From Heteronotia binoei (taxonomy: Eukaryota): DNA of 64,000 nucleotides. This document shows positions 1 to 11,268 of this stretch, piece after piece. The stretch covers positions 32,364,001-32,428,000 of the forward strand of contig NC_083230.1 of the NCBI RefSeq assembly GCF_032191835.1, given 5' to 3'. The first letter of the stretch is position 1. Each line of letters starts with the position of its first letter. The translations under genes were made by a program, and so were the position numbers. The notes below the pieces were generated by a model. It was not told the origin of the DNA. It saw only the letters and a program-made list of their open reading frames with translations, and did no database searches.

Positions 1-2106
1 GCTTGGGAGACGCCCATAGTCACACCCATGAAGCATAACGGGGATGTTCGCATCTGCGCAGACTACAAGTGTACCATAAATAAGGTCCTACAGGACCACG
101 CATACCCTGTGCCAGTAGTGAGCCATGTCCTAGCATCATTGGCAGACTCTAAGGTTTTTGGGAAGCTAGGCCACAAATCGCTTCTGGTGGATGAACAAAC
201 AGCAGAGGTACAGACTATTATTACACACCGGGAGGCCTTCAGGGTCCAGTGGTTATAATTTGGGGTCAGCATAGCTCCGGGAATTTTCCAAAATTTCATG
301 GGCTCTCTCCTTAAAGGAATTCCTGGAGTGCAACCATTCTTCGATAACGTTCTGATAGTGGCTCCCAACATTGAATAATTCAGCTGTTGCCTCCACAAGG
401 TCCTGCACCGTTTTCAGACTGAAGGGCTAAAGGTGAAGTGAGAGAAGTGTTCTCTAGGGGTTCCCAGGGTGCAGTTATTGGGTTTTGCGGTCAACGCTGT
501 AGGAATCCACTTGACCGATGCTAAAACTAGGGCGATCATCCAAGTTCCAGCCCCCACTTGTAAGGCAGAACTTCAGGTGTTCTTGGGACCTGAACTTTTA
601 CCACTCATTCCTGCCCCACAAGGCCACCCTCGCTGAACCCCTACATAGGCTCCTTGACAAACATGCCCTGTGGGTCTGAGGAAAAAAGCAGGCCGCTGCC
701 TTCCAAGCAGTCAAGAACATTCTGGTCTCGAACAGGATGCTGCACCACTTTGACGAAACCCTCCCAGTGGTCCTGGCTTGTGATGCCTCCCTGTACGGCA
801 TCTGCGTGGTCCTGGGCCACCAACTTCCAGATGGGTGAGAGGTTCCCATGGCTTACGACTCCCACACCTTGACTCCTGAGGAGCAAAATTACACCCAAAT
901 TGATAAGGAGGCATTGGCAATCGTGGTGGAAGTGCACAAATTCCACACTACATTTAAGGGCGGCACTTCACAATTGCCACGGACCACAAGCCACTGCTGG
1001 GCCTCTTCGCCTCGGACTGCCAGACCCTGCAGATCCTGCCCCAACACATCCTGTGGTAGAACAACTTCCTCCGTGCCTACACATACATGCTGGTCTACAG
1101 GCCGGGGAAGTCGATGGACCATGCAGACACCCTCAGCCACCTCCCACTGCCATCGCAGGACCCTGATCCGGTGCCTGCTCACCACATAATGCTAATAGAG
1201 GCTCTGCCCGATAGGCCTCTCTATGCTGCTTTCTCAGGCTGCAACTGTATCCTTGCACGTGTTTTGGACTGGGTGGGGAGGGGTTAGCCCTCTGGCAAGG
1301 TTGATGCAGAGTTTAGGGCCTATGCATCCCACCGAGATGAACTTTCGGTGCACAAAGATTGCCTCCTGTGGAGTAGCAGTGGGGTAGTTCCCCCCCCCCC
1401 ATTCCAGAAGCAAGTGCTTGAAACCTTGCATGAGATGCACCTGGGACTAGAGCATATGAAGGCCCTGGCACAAAGCTATGTATGGTGGCCAGGGATGGAC
1501 AAAGAAATAGAGGGGTGGGTAAAATTATGCCAGCCCTGCCAAGTGTCCAGGCCAGATCTGCCCAGCACCCCCACTCACTGCTGGGGATCCAACCACACGC
1601 CATGGTCCCAGCTACACTTAGACTTTGTGGGGCCATACCAAAGCCAGATATTTTTCATCCTGGTTGATGCTTACACAAAGTGGCTGGAGGTGTTTCCAAT
1701 AGCCTCAACCTCCACCCTAGCCATGGTCCGAGTGCTACGCAGGGCCTTTAGCACATGTGGGATACTGGAGACCATGGTGATGGACAACGGGACCGCATTC
1801 ACCTCCCAGGAATTCCAGGAGTTCTTGGAAATGTACCTCATCTATCACATACAGTCTGCCCCATTCCATCCAGCCACTAACAGCCAAACGGAGCGCATGG
1901 TCTGTACGACTAAGGAGGCCCTGGGTCGCATTGTGTTTGGGGATTGGGACTATCACCTGGCCACCTTCCTTTTCAAGAACTGGACTACCCTGAACACTGT
2001 TACAGGCCAGAGGCCAGCGGAACTGTTAATGGGCAGGCAGTTGATTACCCAGCTAGGCAGACTGCATGCAGACCAAGCCCCAAACCTCTGCAACTCTCCT
2101 GAGATC
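1..2106 (+). mobile_element. Ty3/Gypsy LTR retrotransposon pol remnant (RT, RNase H, integrase), decayed, runs off the left edge
   Basis: Translations give DVRICADYKCTINK and HAYPVP (RT start), PVVLACDASLYGICVVLGH and EEQNYTQIDKEALAIV (RNase H), and LHEMH..MKALAQSYVWWPGMDKEIE..C..C, LHLDFVGPY, VMDNGTAFTSQEF, SAPFHPATNSQTER (integrase). Many stops and frameshifts. Homology ends abruptly near 2106. Confidence 0.95.
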
Positions 2107-2141
2107 TGGGGGTTGCAAATATAAACACAAGTGTCCACTGT

Positions 2142-3850
2142 GTGGGGGGTCCCATGCCTTTTCTGCATGCAACAAATCCAAACCAAGAGCTGGAAACAAG
2201 CATCTGGGGGTCGGGGGACCCACCCAATCATCTGGAAAAGGGTTCCAGTCCCATCAGGCTGAGGGTACTTAAGGACCTTTTGACTGAGTACCCCAAGGTA
2301 ACTGACGGGATGTATTTGTGGGAGGGCTTTGTGTTAGGGTTTCATATTCCATTTCAGGTTCCCAGGGGATCTTTTATGTCATGGAATTTACGTTCAGTTC
2401 AGGGGATAGAACACATGGTGAGGGACAAAATAGCAAAGGAGTGTGCAGAGGGCTGGGTGCTAGGCCCTTTTGATAGCCCTACTGTCCCGAATCTGCGGAT
2501 ATCTCCTTTAGGCATGGTGCCCAAGAAGGCAGCAGGAGAATTTCGCCTCATTCACCACTTGTCCCACCCAAAAGGGGGGTCGGTGAATGATGCCATTCCT
2601 GACTACCTCAGTTCAGTTAGGTACACCTCCTTTGTCCAGGTGGCCAATGTGGTTCGGAGCTGTGGGGTGGGGGCAGAGATGGCAAAATGCAACATTAAGT
2701 CGGTTTTTCGCCTCCTCTCGGTACACCCCGATGACTTTGAGCTACTGGGTTTTATGTTCGAGGGCAAATAACACATGGATAGGGCATTACTCATGGGTTG
2801 CTCCATATCATGTGTAGCCTTTGAGTGTTTTAGTACCTTTTTGAAATGGGCCCTACAGAGGAGGGCTGGTTCAGCTAATTCGGTCCATTACCTTGATGAT
2901 TTTTTGTTTGTGGGCCCTGGGGGGTCAGGCCAGTGTGCCCGGCTGCTCCATATATTTGTAGGGCTGGCTAGGGACCTTGGGGTCCTGCTGGCTCACGAAA
3001 AGATGGAGGGCCCCTCATTGGTGTTGACCTTTTTGGGCATCGAGTTGGACACGGTGAAGCAAGCTTCACGGCTGCCTGCGGAGAAGGTTCAGGGTCTGAG
3101 GCTAAAATTGGCGGCACTGAAAGGTAGGCAGAAGATTTTCCTATTGGAACTTCAGCAGATTGTGGGCCACCTTAACGTTGCATGCAAAGTGGTGGCCCTG
3201 GGCAGGGCCTTCCTGCGGTGGATGTGTGACATCATGGGGGCTTTACGACTTCCTCATCACTGGATCAGGCTTAGCAGCGGAATGTGGCAAAACTTGGAGG
3301 TGTGGGAGCAGTTTCTGTCATCCTTTAATGGAATCTCTTTTTGGCGGGATGACATGAGGATTGAAGCGGAGCTGCAGATCACTTCTAATGCTGCCAGATC
3401 CATTGGATTTGGGGTGTACTTCCGTGGACATTGGTGCGCGGAAGGATGGCCTAGGGAGTGGTTGAACAGTGAGCTATGCCAAAATTTGAACTTTTTGGAA
3501 TTTTTCCCAATAGTGGTAGCAGTCCAGCTCTGGGGGGCTGAACTGGCCAATATGTAATTCATTTTTGGTGCGACAACTAGGCAGTGGTTCACATTATTAA
3601 CACTCTTACTTCCAAAACTGCCCTGGTGATGAGCATGGTCCGAGCATTCACGCTATGTTTTTTGCGTCTGAATATTTTATTCCTCGCAAAGCATGTGCAA
3701 GGAGTTTGCAACAGTGTGGCGAATGCTCTGTCTCACCGGCAGATGGAACAATTTCGGCAGCTTGCACCGGAGGCCAACCTTTGGCCAGCACAAATGCCTC
3801 CGGACATGTGGCAGCTTGGAGAGCTGAGGCTGACCGTGCAATGCAGTTAG
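2142..3850 (+). pseudogene. DIRS/Ngaro reverse transcriptase plus RNase H, broken by in-frame stops
   Basis: ORFs 2142-2771, 2775-3557 and 3584-3850 continue one another across single stops. They contain the YLDD box and DIRS-type RNase H motifs (HVQGVCNSVANALS). Confidence 0.9.
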
Positions 3851-4710
3851 CTCTGGCGCCCAGTACCAGGAAGGCATATAACCGCAGTTTCAAACTTTTA
3901 GGGGACAGGTAGGGCTGTGTGCCATTTGGCTTATCCCAGCTTCGCATCTCATGCAGTTCTGTGTCCACTTGAAAGGTAAGGGACTTGTGGTTAAGTCCAT
4001 CAGGGCAAATATGGCTGCCTTGGCATTTAATAGTAAAATCCGGGGATTTTCAGAGGCCACAGGCAGTTTCAGACTGCGGAAGATGTTGGAGGGGTGGGCA
4101 CGTGAGCAAGGTCCTCAGCTGGACACCAGGCAACCCATTTCCCCAGCAGTTCTAAAGGGATTACATGTGGTGTGGCCCGAAGTATGTACCTCTACTTTCA
4201 AGGCAGTATTGTTTCATGCTGTGGCCTTGACGGCCTTCTTTGGGATCTTCAGGGTTAGTGAGCAAGTTGCAAGCTCGCGCCAAGATTGTTTTGGTTGTGC
4301 CTTGCATTCGGGTGACATTAAATTTGCAGGGAATCAGGTGTCTCTTAGGGTACAGAGATCAAAAACCGACCAGAAGCAGAAGGGTGTGGTGATCACTTTG
4401 GGTTCGTGTCGTGAGCAGGAGCTCTGCCCGATGCTCGCATTAAAACGGTATATTGCTACTAGGGGAGAGGATAAGGGACCCTTATTCTGCCAAGGGACCC
4501 TTATTCTGCCCCGTTAACCAAGTTCCAATTTGGGACTGTCACCACGAGGGCCCTGGAGAAGCTGGGGCTTGGTGGGGTCAAATTTGGGACACACTGATTC
4601 CGCATAGGAGCCGCATCTACAGCAGCAGCAATGGGTTACCCTGGCCCGGCTATTCAGCGGGTGGGCCAGTGGCGGTCTTCCGCCTACAAAAGCTATGTTC
4701 GCCCATTTGA
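3840..4710 (+). pseudogene. Tyrosine recombinase (YR) of the retroelement, frameshifted
   Basis: AFFGIFRVSE (R box), RSKTDQ, CPMLALKRY, then after a frameshift H*FRIGAA (HxxR) and GQWRSSAYKSYVRP (the catalytic Tyr region). Confidence 0.9.
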
Positions 4711-4764
4711 CGGGAAATAGGGTTTAGTTAATAGTTAAATGGTTCCCCTTTTGGGCCGTTCACT

Positions 4765-5388
4765 TTGTTCCATTTCTATCTTCCAGGTGCTGTGGTGTGG
4801 TATGAGAGGCAAAGGATTCTGATCGCCAGCCATAGCATGGTGTTTTGGGTGGCCCACCAAGCCCGGCGGACGCCAATCGGATCGCAGCTGGGGCTCAGTG
4901 AATGGGCTGTGGTGGAGTGGCAAGGGCGCCGGGGCCTACGCTGGTCCAGGCTCCTGCCACTTCTCTTCCAAGGGAGGACTGGTCCTCTGCTGCATGTTTT
5001 GATGATCCACCTCGGTGGCAATGATCTCGGCATGCTGAAAGGAAGGGCCCTTTCGCTGCAGGCGATCGAGGATCTTCAGATCATATGGAGCAGGTGTACC
5101 GGGGTGCTGATTCTGTGGTCCGCCATACTTTCTCGCAGGATGTGGAGGGTGGTCTGGGATCCAGCAGGGATTGAAAGGGCCAGGGGCAAAGCCAACAGGG
5201 CGGTCCAGAAGGCCTTTTGTGGTGGCTTGGGCATTTATCTGCCGCATCCTGCTATAAGGTCGGAGTTGGCAGACCTGTATCGGCAGGATGGGGTCCACCT
5301 GTCCATGAAGGGCAACAGGGCCTTTTTGCATGAGCTATGGCTGGGGCTTCATGTGGCTCTGGGCCACCCAGTGGGTGCAAGTGCCTAA
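4765..5388 (+). CDS. SGNH/GDSL-type hydrolase ORF of the Ngaro-like element (207 codons, uninterrupted, no ATG at the annotated start)
   Basis: All four SGNH blocks are visible: ILIASHS (Ser), GRRGLRW (Gly), HLGGNDLG (GxND) and DGVHLS (DxxH). It lies directly downstream of YR, as known for vertebrate Ngaro elements. Confidence 0.85.
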   Translation: MFHFYLPGAVVWYERQRILIASHSMVFWVAHQARRTPIGSQLGLSEWAVVEWQGRRGLRWSRLLPLLFQGRTGPLLHVLMIHLGGNDLGMLKGRALSLQAIEDLQIIWSRCTGVLILWSAILSRRMWRVVWDPAGIERARGKANRAVQKAFCGGLGIYLPHPAIRSELADLYRQDGVHLSMKGNRAFLHELWLGLHVALGHPVGASA

Positions 5389-5885
5389 GCTGAGGCTTGG
5401 CATTGGTGGTGGCTGGAGTGTGCTTTGGGCTATTTAGGACACCAGTGAGCACCCTTGGTTTACCCTTTTTGAGGGGAAGTGGCAGGATGGAATGGCAGCT
5501 GGGCTGTATGGGTCTGTGCTGTGATGCCCGCCATAGGGTTCCCTCCTCTGTTAAGGCCTGCCCCGGGATGCGGGGCCCTGGTGAGGGAGGGTAAACCTGG
5601 CCTTAGCTGGCCTGGCATTAGCCAATGCAAATTGGCTCCTGCCGGGGGCTGGGTGGCTCACCCTTGCCAGACAGGGAAGGGTCAGGGGTTTTCCTTGGCC
5701 TGTCCAGCAGTTTAGGTAGCCCCATGCCATAAAAAATGTTCAATAGAGTTGCCCTGTTTTATTACCCAAAACCAAAGTGTTTGCCTCGTTATTCCGACTG
5801 GGAGGGCAAACACAGGCAGAGCAGTTATCACTGCAGTGAGTCAGGAAGGAGGGGTCACTAAGAAAACATCAGTTGAGACAAATCA

Positions 5886-6093
5886 GGGAGGGACGGTGGC
5901 TCGGTGGTAGAGCATCTGCTTGGGAAGCAGAAGGTCCCAGGTTCAATCCCTGGGATCTCCAAAAAAGGGTCCAGGCAAATAGGTGTGAAAAACCTCGGCT
6001 TGAGACCCTGGAGAGCCGCTGCCAGTCTGAGAAGACAATACTGACTTTGATGGACCAAAGGTCTGATTCAGTAGAAGGCAGCTTCATATGTTC
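5886..6093 (+). mobile_element. tRNA-derived SINE (Squam3-like)
   Basis: A-box GGTGGCTCGGTGG and B-box GGTTCAATCCC in a tRNA-like head, a unique body, and a CR1-like tail CTTCATATGTTC. The family name is from recalled consensus. Confidence 0.8.
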
Positions 6094-6721
6094 AAATAAG
6101 TCTTCACCTTCTGGTGGAAGACAGTGATAGGAGACAGAAGAATATCACTGGGGAGAGACTGCCATAATTTTGGCACCAGCAGTGAGAAGGCTGATTCTAA
6201 AGAATATCAAAGATTCTAAAAGGTCTCAGATGAAGCCTTACCACTGATTTTTCATATCTCATCTTGTTTAGTCTTAAGCTTTCTGTCTTTTTCTTGCATC
6301 ACTGATTGCAGTGCACACATGATCAGGTTGTGTAACGGACAGTAGGGTGGATCCTACCCCTATCTTACCACTCAACTGAGCAAAGTTTCTACCCTTCATC
6401 CAGTTTAAGGCGACTTTCTCCAACTCCAGTTATTTTTGTTAGAGGAAGACTCCTTAGAGGATGGTTGGATACACCCCACTTCCTAGCAGGCAGGTGGGGG
6501 CAACTGTGGAGCTTATGTCTACCACCACCACCTCAGTCTGCAACACAGGCTGTGCCTACATGCCACACAGCCAAGGCACCAGAAAAATGGCCAGATCAAA
6601 ACATTTTCAGATCTAACTGACTATCATTAATTTTTCCATTTAGATCAGTTATAACAATGAAGTAAACTCCCAGTTTATTTCCTATCTGGGTTTTCTTAAT
6701 ATCTGAATTAGTACCCACCTT

Positions 6722-7019
6722 ATCCCTGTGGCGCAGAGTGTTAAAGCTGCAGTACTGCAGTCCTAAACTCTGCTCATGACCTGAATTTGATCCCCGGCGG
6801 AAGCTGGGTTTTCAGGTAGCTGGCTTGAGGTTGACTCAGCCTTCCATCCTTCCAAGGTTGGTAAAATGAGTACCCAGTTTGCTGGGGGGAAAGTGTAAAA
6901 GACTGGGGAAGGCAATGGCACACCACCCTGTAAAAAGTCTGCCATGAAAAAGTTGTGAAAGCAACGTCACCCCAGAGTTGGAAATGACTGGTGTTTGCAC
7001 AGGGGGCCTTTCCTTTCCT
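6722..7019 (+). mobile_element. Sauria SINE (Squam1)
   Basis: Head GTGGCGCAGAGTGTTAAAGCTGCAG, core GGTTGACTCAGCCTTCCATCC..GGTAAAATGAGTACCCAG, GGGGAAGGCAATGGCA, and a (CCTTT)n tail. Confidence 0.9.
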
Positions 7020-8439
7020 ATCCAAGTAACTTTTGGTCTCTTCCTCTTTTGTTCTAACATCTTAGAGCCTTGTTCCACTGTCAGCATTTTATTCTTCAAA
7101 TTATCATTTTCTGTGACATGTGACCACGTCATCTTTAGGAGGAAGGATAAACTATTGCAAAGTAGATATGACTTTCTCCGTTTCCTAATAAATGAAATTT
7201 CTTCCAGTTGATGAACTCAGCCTCCGACCACATAATTAAGGGGGCTTTAATGTCCACATTATCTGAAAGTGCCAATTTCTATCTCTTCCTGTTCTGACCT
7301 CTTTTTACCTTAGAGATCTGATGTAGCTTCCCCCGCCCTCTATTACACATAGGACAATAGGCAGCTGATCTCCAAATGTGGTATTCTGTTATTAAATCTA
7401 TTCCCTTTCAGTTCACTTAATAAAAATGCCATCCATTTTGGAGGCCAGGGGAAAATCTGTTGCATACAACTTTATTACTATTACAACCAGGTATAAACTT
7501 GCCATAGTATTGCAACATGTGTTGATATAATACTTTAGTAATCCTTAAAAAGTCATATTATCAGGAAAATTATGTATCATGTAATGTATAAACAGTAAGA
7601 TTAATCAAATATCAGAGAGAAAAACATTCCCAAGAGGATGTTTCCTCAGCACAAACAGGACACCCATTTACAAATAAATAATTTCAATGCAAACAGTTCT
7701 ATTAGCATGGAATTAAAACTAATAACAAAAAAATACAGAAAAGATGCATATTCTAGAAATGCTTTTATTTGTTCACAGATTACGGTGTGTGATGTGTGTA
7801 TCAAGATTACGTATGATGTGTGAATCAAGATGGAAGCCCTTAACAGGAGTTTCAGAAATGACACCATTTCATGCCAATATTATGAAATATAAATTAAGAA
7901 TGTTGTCATGTTTTCTCCTTCTGGTAAGGAGTTCTGTCTCTCTGAGGGCCAAACTAAACACCACTGTTTTAAACATCCACCCAGAGTTGCAGGAAGTGAC
8001 TTCTAACAAAAGAGGGCAGGGGGAAACAAACTTGGAATAGTGCTGTGAGGGAGGAAAGGGTCCTGCCTCTCCCCCCCCCCCCCCGGCCCACGAATTTCCC
8101 CATAGAAAAAACAGTGCAGGGAGTTATTTCCCTGATTTGGCTGCTCCATGTGCACAGATACACCACATGGAACAGCAAAATAACTCCCCCACAGCACAGT
8201 GTTCATGTGAGAAAATGGCTTATGGGGAGTCAGGAGCCCTTCCTCTTCTGCAATGCAGTTTAAAACCTGTTTCTGATGGTTATTCTAAAAACCAGTAATA
8301 TTTAGTTCGGCCATAAGCAGGTCTGCCCTTAACCCTACTTAGGTATAGGTCAATGAGGAACTCCCAGGAAAGTGTCCTTAGGGTTGCCTTGCAAATTTGT
8401 AGCCCAGATTAATTCAAACTTTCAATCTCTAGTTGCCAG

Positions 8440-8645
8440 ATGTGAGATCCGAGTGGGCAGCCGTGTTGGCCTGCAGCAACAGAACAACTAAGTTTTATTC
8501 AGAATGTAAGCTTTCATATGATCTTAAGCAGGCTTCATCATGAATGAATGAATGAAGTCTGCTTAAGAGCATACGAAAGCTTACATTCTGAATAAAACTT
8601 AGTTGGTCTTAGAGGTGCAGCTTGTCTGCTGGTTTGTTCTATTGC
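8440..8645. mobile_element. Penelope-like element terminal remnant with inverted repeat
   Basis: 52-bp inverted arms at 8486-8537 and 8553-8604 around (TGAA)n. Motifs GAAAGCTTACATTCTGAATAAAACTTAGTTGGTCTTAGAGGTGC and AGCCGTGTTGGCCTGCAGCAACAGAAC are typical of squamate Penelope ends. Confidence 0.7.
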
Positions 8646-8944
8646 CAGATGTTAATTAGTGGTACATCTGGAAACCATATGGGTGGATCAGAAAAAGAGG
8701 GTGGTCTATCCACTGACACCAATATCCATAAATATATACTAGTTACAAGATGCATATCAGCCCCCCCCCCCCTTATGTACTCCTAATTTTTTTTCTCTCT
8801 GGAACATCATTTTCTCCAGCTCCTCTGACTACTCTTCATAGCCTTCAGGTCAGTTTCGGTTCCACAGTACCCTCTTTTTGCTACTGCTCCTTTTTGCTTG
8901 GCTTCCACAATTATTGCTTTGTAATTATTACTTTATGACACCTC

Positions 8945-9030
8945 TTATTAGCCAAGTCAGGAGTGGGGAATCAAACCCAGTTCTCCCAGATAAGAGTCTG
9001 CACACTTAACCACTGCACCAAACTGGCTCT
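8945..9030 (-). mobile_element. 5' head fragment of a Squam2-like SINE
   Basis: GGAGTGGGGAATCAAACCCAGTTCTCCCAGATAAGAGTC..CACTTAACCACTGCACCAAACTGGCTCTC is the reverse complement of the SINE heads at 42110 and 42974. Confidence 0.75.
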
Positions 9031-9436
9031 CTGGATGTGTTTCATCCTGCTGTCTCTTAGATATGAGGCACAGCAGCTCAAACGAAAGAGTGAGACTGCC
9101 TAGGCGCTCTGAGGAGAGCAAGCTGGCTATGGAGAAAAGGGAGTAAAATCACTGCCACCTCCACCCACCCTGTGGTGCTCAGCTTGCTTTTTTCTCAGTT
9201 GGCTGTCATGCTGGTGGTTTAACTCTCTCTTCTCTGCAGCTGGCCTGCTCTCCTTTTGGCAGGTGCGCCAGTGCTGGGTGAGAGTTCAAAGGCTGCAGGG
9301 GTGGGGGGGGAGATGTTGAAGAGAACAGGCCCTTTATTTTCATCTCTGTCATGAGGCATGTACCTCAGGAAGGCTCATAGTGTACTGCATCCTCCAGCCT
9401 CTCCAACCGTGTCTGTATCAAGGTAAAAGTTTTTTA

Positions 9437-9897
9437 AAAGGTAAAGGTAGTCCCCTGTGCAAGCACCGAGTTGTTACTGACCCATGGGGTGACATCACAT
9501 CATGACGTTTTGTTGGCAGACTTTTTACAGGGTGGTTTGCCATTGCCTTCCCCAGTCATCTACACTTCTGTCCCAGCAAGCTGGGAACACATTTTACCAA
9601 CAGAAGGATGGACGGCTGAGTCAACCATGAGCTGGCTATCTGAACCCAGCTTCTGCCAGGATTAAACTCAAGTCATGAGCAGACTTTTTGCAGGGTGGTT
9701 TGCCATTGCCTTCCCCAGTCATCTACACTATACCCCCAGCAAGCTGGGTACTCATTTTACCGACCTCAGAAGAATGGACGGCGGAGTCAACCATGAGCTA
9801 GCTACCTGTACCCAGCTTTCGCCAGGGATCGAACTCAAGTCATGAGCAAAGCTTGGACTGCAACACTGCAGCTTACTATTCTGCACCTCAGGGCTCC
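9437..9897 (-). mobile_element. Sauria SINE with an internal ~163-bp tandem duplication
   Basis: Tail AAAGGTAAAGGTAGTCCCCTG at left. The core GCAGACTTTTT..GGTGGTTTGCCATTGCCTTCCCCAGTC occurs twice (9516 and 9679). Confidence 0.9.
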
Positions 9898-10207
9898 CTT
9901 GTTTCAAGGTAACACCTGCCAACCACAAGCACTACCAGGTGATGGCCTTGCCCACTTTTCTGGAACATGGAGCAAGTGCTGCATTTGAGAACAATGCTCA
10001 GAAGAGTCACAGGTGGCAATTCAAAGAGACACATGTGGCTCCCAGGCCACCAAACTGAGTATCACTGGGCAGCCCGACAGCTTATCTGCTCTTCCCAGAT
10101 AGTGAGAGGTAATTAGAAGAAAACAATCCTTGCTTTAAATGTGTGCAATGCATCAAGAAGTCACTAATTTGGGTTCTGTTTGATATGCAGTTCTCTGACA
10201 ATGTGTG

Positions 10208-10308
10208 TCTCTGACAAGGGGAGTTTTGATGCCTGAAAGCTTATGCCCCAAAAATGGACTTGAATCTAGCTGTTCTACTGCTGACCAACATGGCTACCCT
10301 CTGAAACT
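10208..10308. mobile_element. Penelope-like terminal remnant
   Basis: CTCTGACAAGGGGAGTTTTGA..GAAAGCTTATGCCCC..TGGACTTGAATCTAGCTGTTCTACTGCTGACCAACATGGCTACC, related to the 8440-8645 element. Confidence 0.55.
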
Positions 10309-11044
10309 CAGTCTTTGTGTTTATCAGATGTGTTTATTTGGCTAACTGTGAATGTGACAAGGATCTCTCTATACATGATGCTTTACATTTGTTAGTATGA
10401 CACCCTTGGCCACTCCCTCTTTTTTGGTCCTGAGCTCATTTGCTGCTCTGGATGGGAGACACAGTCGAGAAGAACTTGTTGGAAGAACATATTGGAAGCC
10501 TGCACCTCAGTCTGTGCTATTCACAGTCGTTACTGGGGCCTAAGGCCAGTTCATTATTCAAAGTGGAAGCACTCTGATGTTCTGAACAGTTTCCTCTCCC
10601 TTGGCACAGTATAACTTTATTCAAATCAGACAACATGAGTCAAAGAAATGAGAGCAAGGCCTACCACAGTTCTTCAGAGTTGCTTGTCCAGTCTATCTAG
10701 AGATACAAAGTGAAACCTGGGTTGGAACTATTCTAAATTTTGGTACGCCAGAACTCCAATAAAACATGCAGTAGAGTTTTGGATATTACACTGATCTGTT
10801 TATTTTAGAAAGAAGAGTGCAAAACAGACAGGGCGGTGTATAGTTTATTGTCTATAAAATGATATGAAACACAATTAAAATTTCACTGTGTAGGAGAAAC
10901 ATTTAGTTAGCAATGCGCTGAGGAGGATCTGGCCCATGTCTCTTGCTACCAGGGCAGGGAAATCTCATAACTGTTTTTCAGACAGAGAAGGCTTCCTTTT
11001 CAGCTTACTTCCTTTCACTTTGCCTTTACTCTCAATTAACAATT

Positions 11045-11268
11045 ACAAGTTCCTCACCATTAGAGCAGTTCCTCAGTGGAACAGGCTTCCTCAGGAGGTG
11101 GTGGGCTCTCCTTCCTCAGAGGTTTATAAACAGAAGCTAGAAGGCCATCTGACAACAATGAGATCCTGTGAATTTAGGGGGTGGTATTTGTAAATTTCCT
11201 GCGTTGTGCAGGGCGTTGGACTAGATGATCCTGGAGGTCCCTTCCAACTCTATGATTCTATGATTCTA
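11045..11268 (+). mobile_element. CR1 LINE 3' end (5'-truncated)
   Basis: End of ORF2 (FLTIRAVPQWNRLPQEVVGSPSSEVYKQKL), then GGACTAGATGATCCTGGAGGTCCCTTCCAACTCTATGATTCTATGATTCTA, the CR1 octamer tail. Confidence 0.92.

Larger units (their letters stand above)
2107..5813 (+). mobile_element. Ngaro/DIRS-type tyrosine-recombinase retrotransposon, 5'-truncated (gag C-terminus, RT, RNase H, YR, SGNH hydrolase, 3' terminal region)
   Basis: Overlapping ORF remnants in DIRS order: gag Cys/His motif CKYKHKCPLCGGSHAFSAC; RT with ISPLGMVPKK..FRLIHHLSHP and HYLDDFLFVG; RNase H with LEFFPIVVAVQLWG; YR with RSKTDQKQKG and H*FRIGAASTAAAMG..GQWRSSAYKSY; then an SGNH ORF. The right boundary is approximate. 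Confidence 0.9.

Noticed and set aside
5389-5813. Split direct repeats (A-B-A-B) expected at Ngaro termini
   Set aside because: No internal repeat was found by eye and the 5' end is missing, so the terminal architecture cannot be confirmed.
5886-5960. tRNA-like sequence with A and B boxes (similar heads at 6722, 42110 and 42974)
   Set aside because: Each continues into a SINE body and tail and lacks a complete cloverleaf, so these are SINE heads, not tRNA genes.
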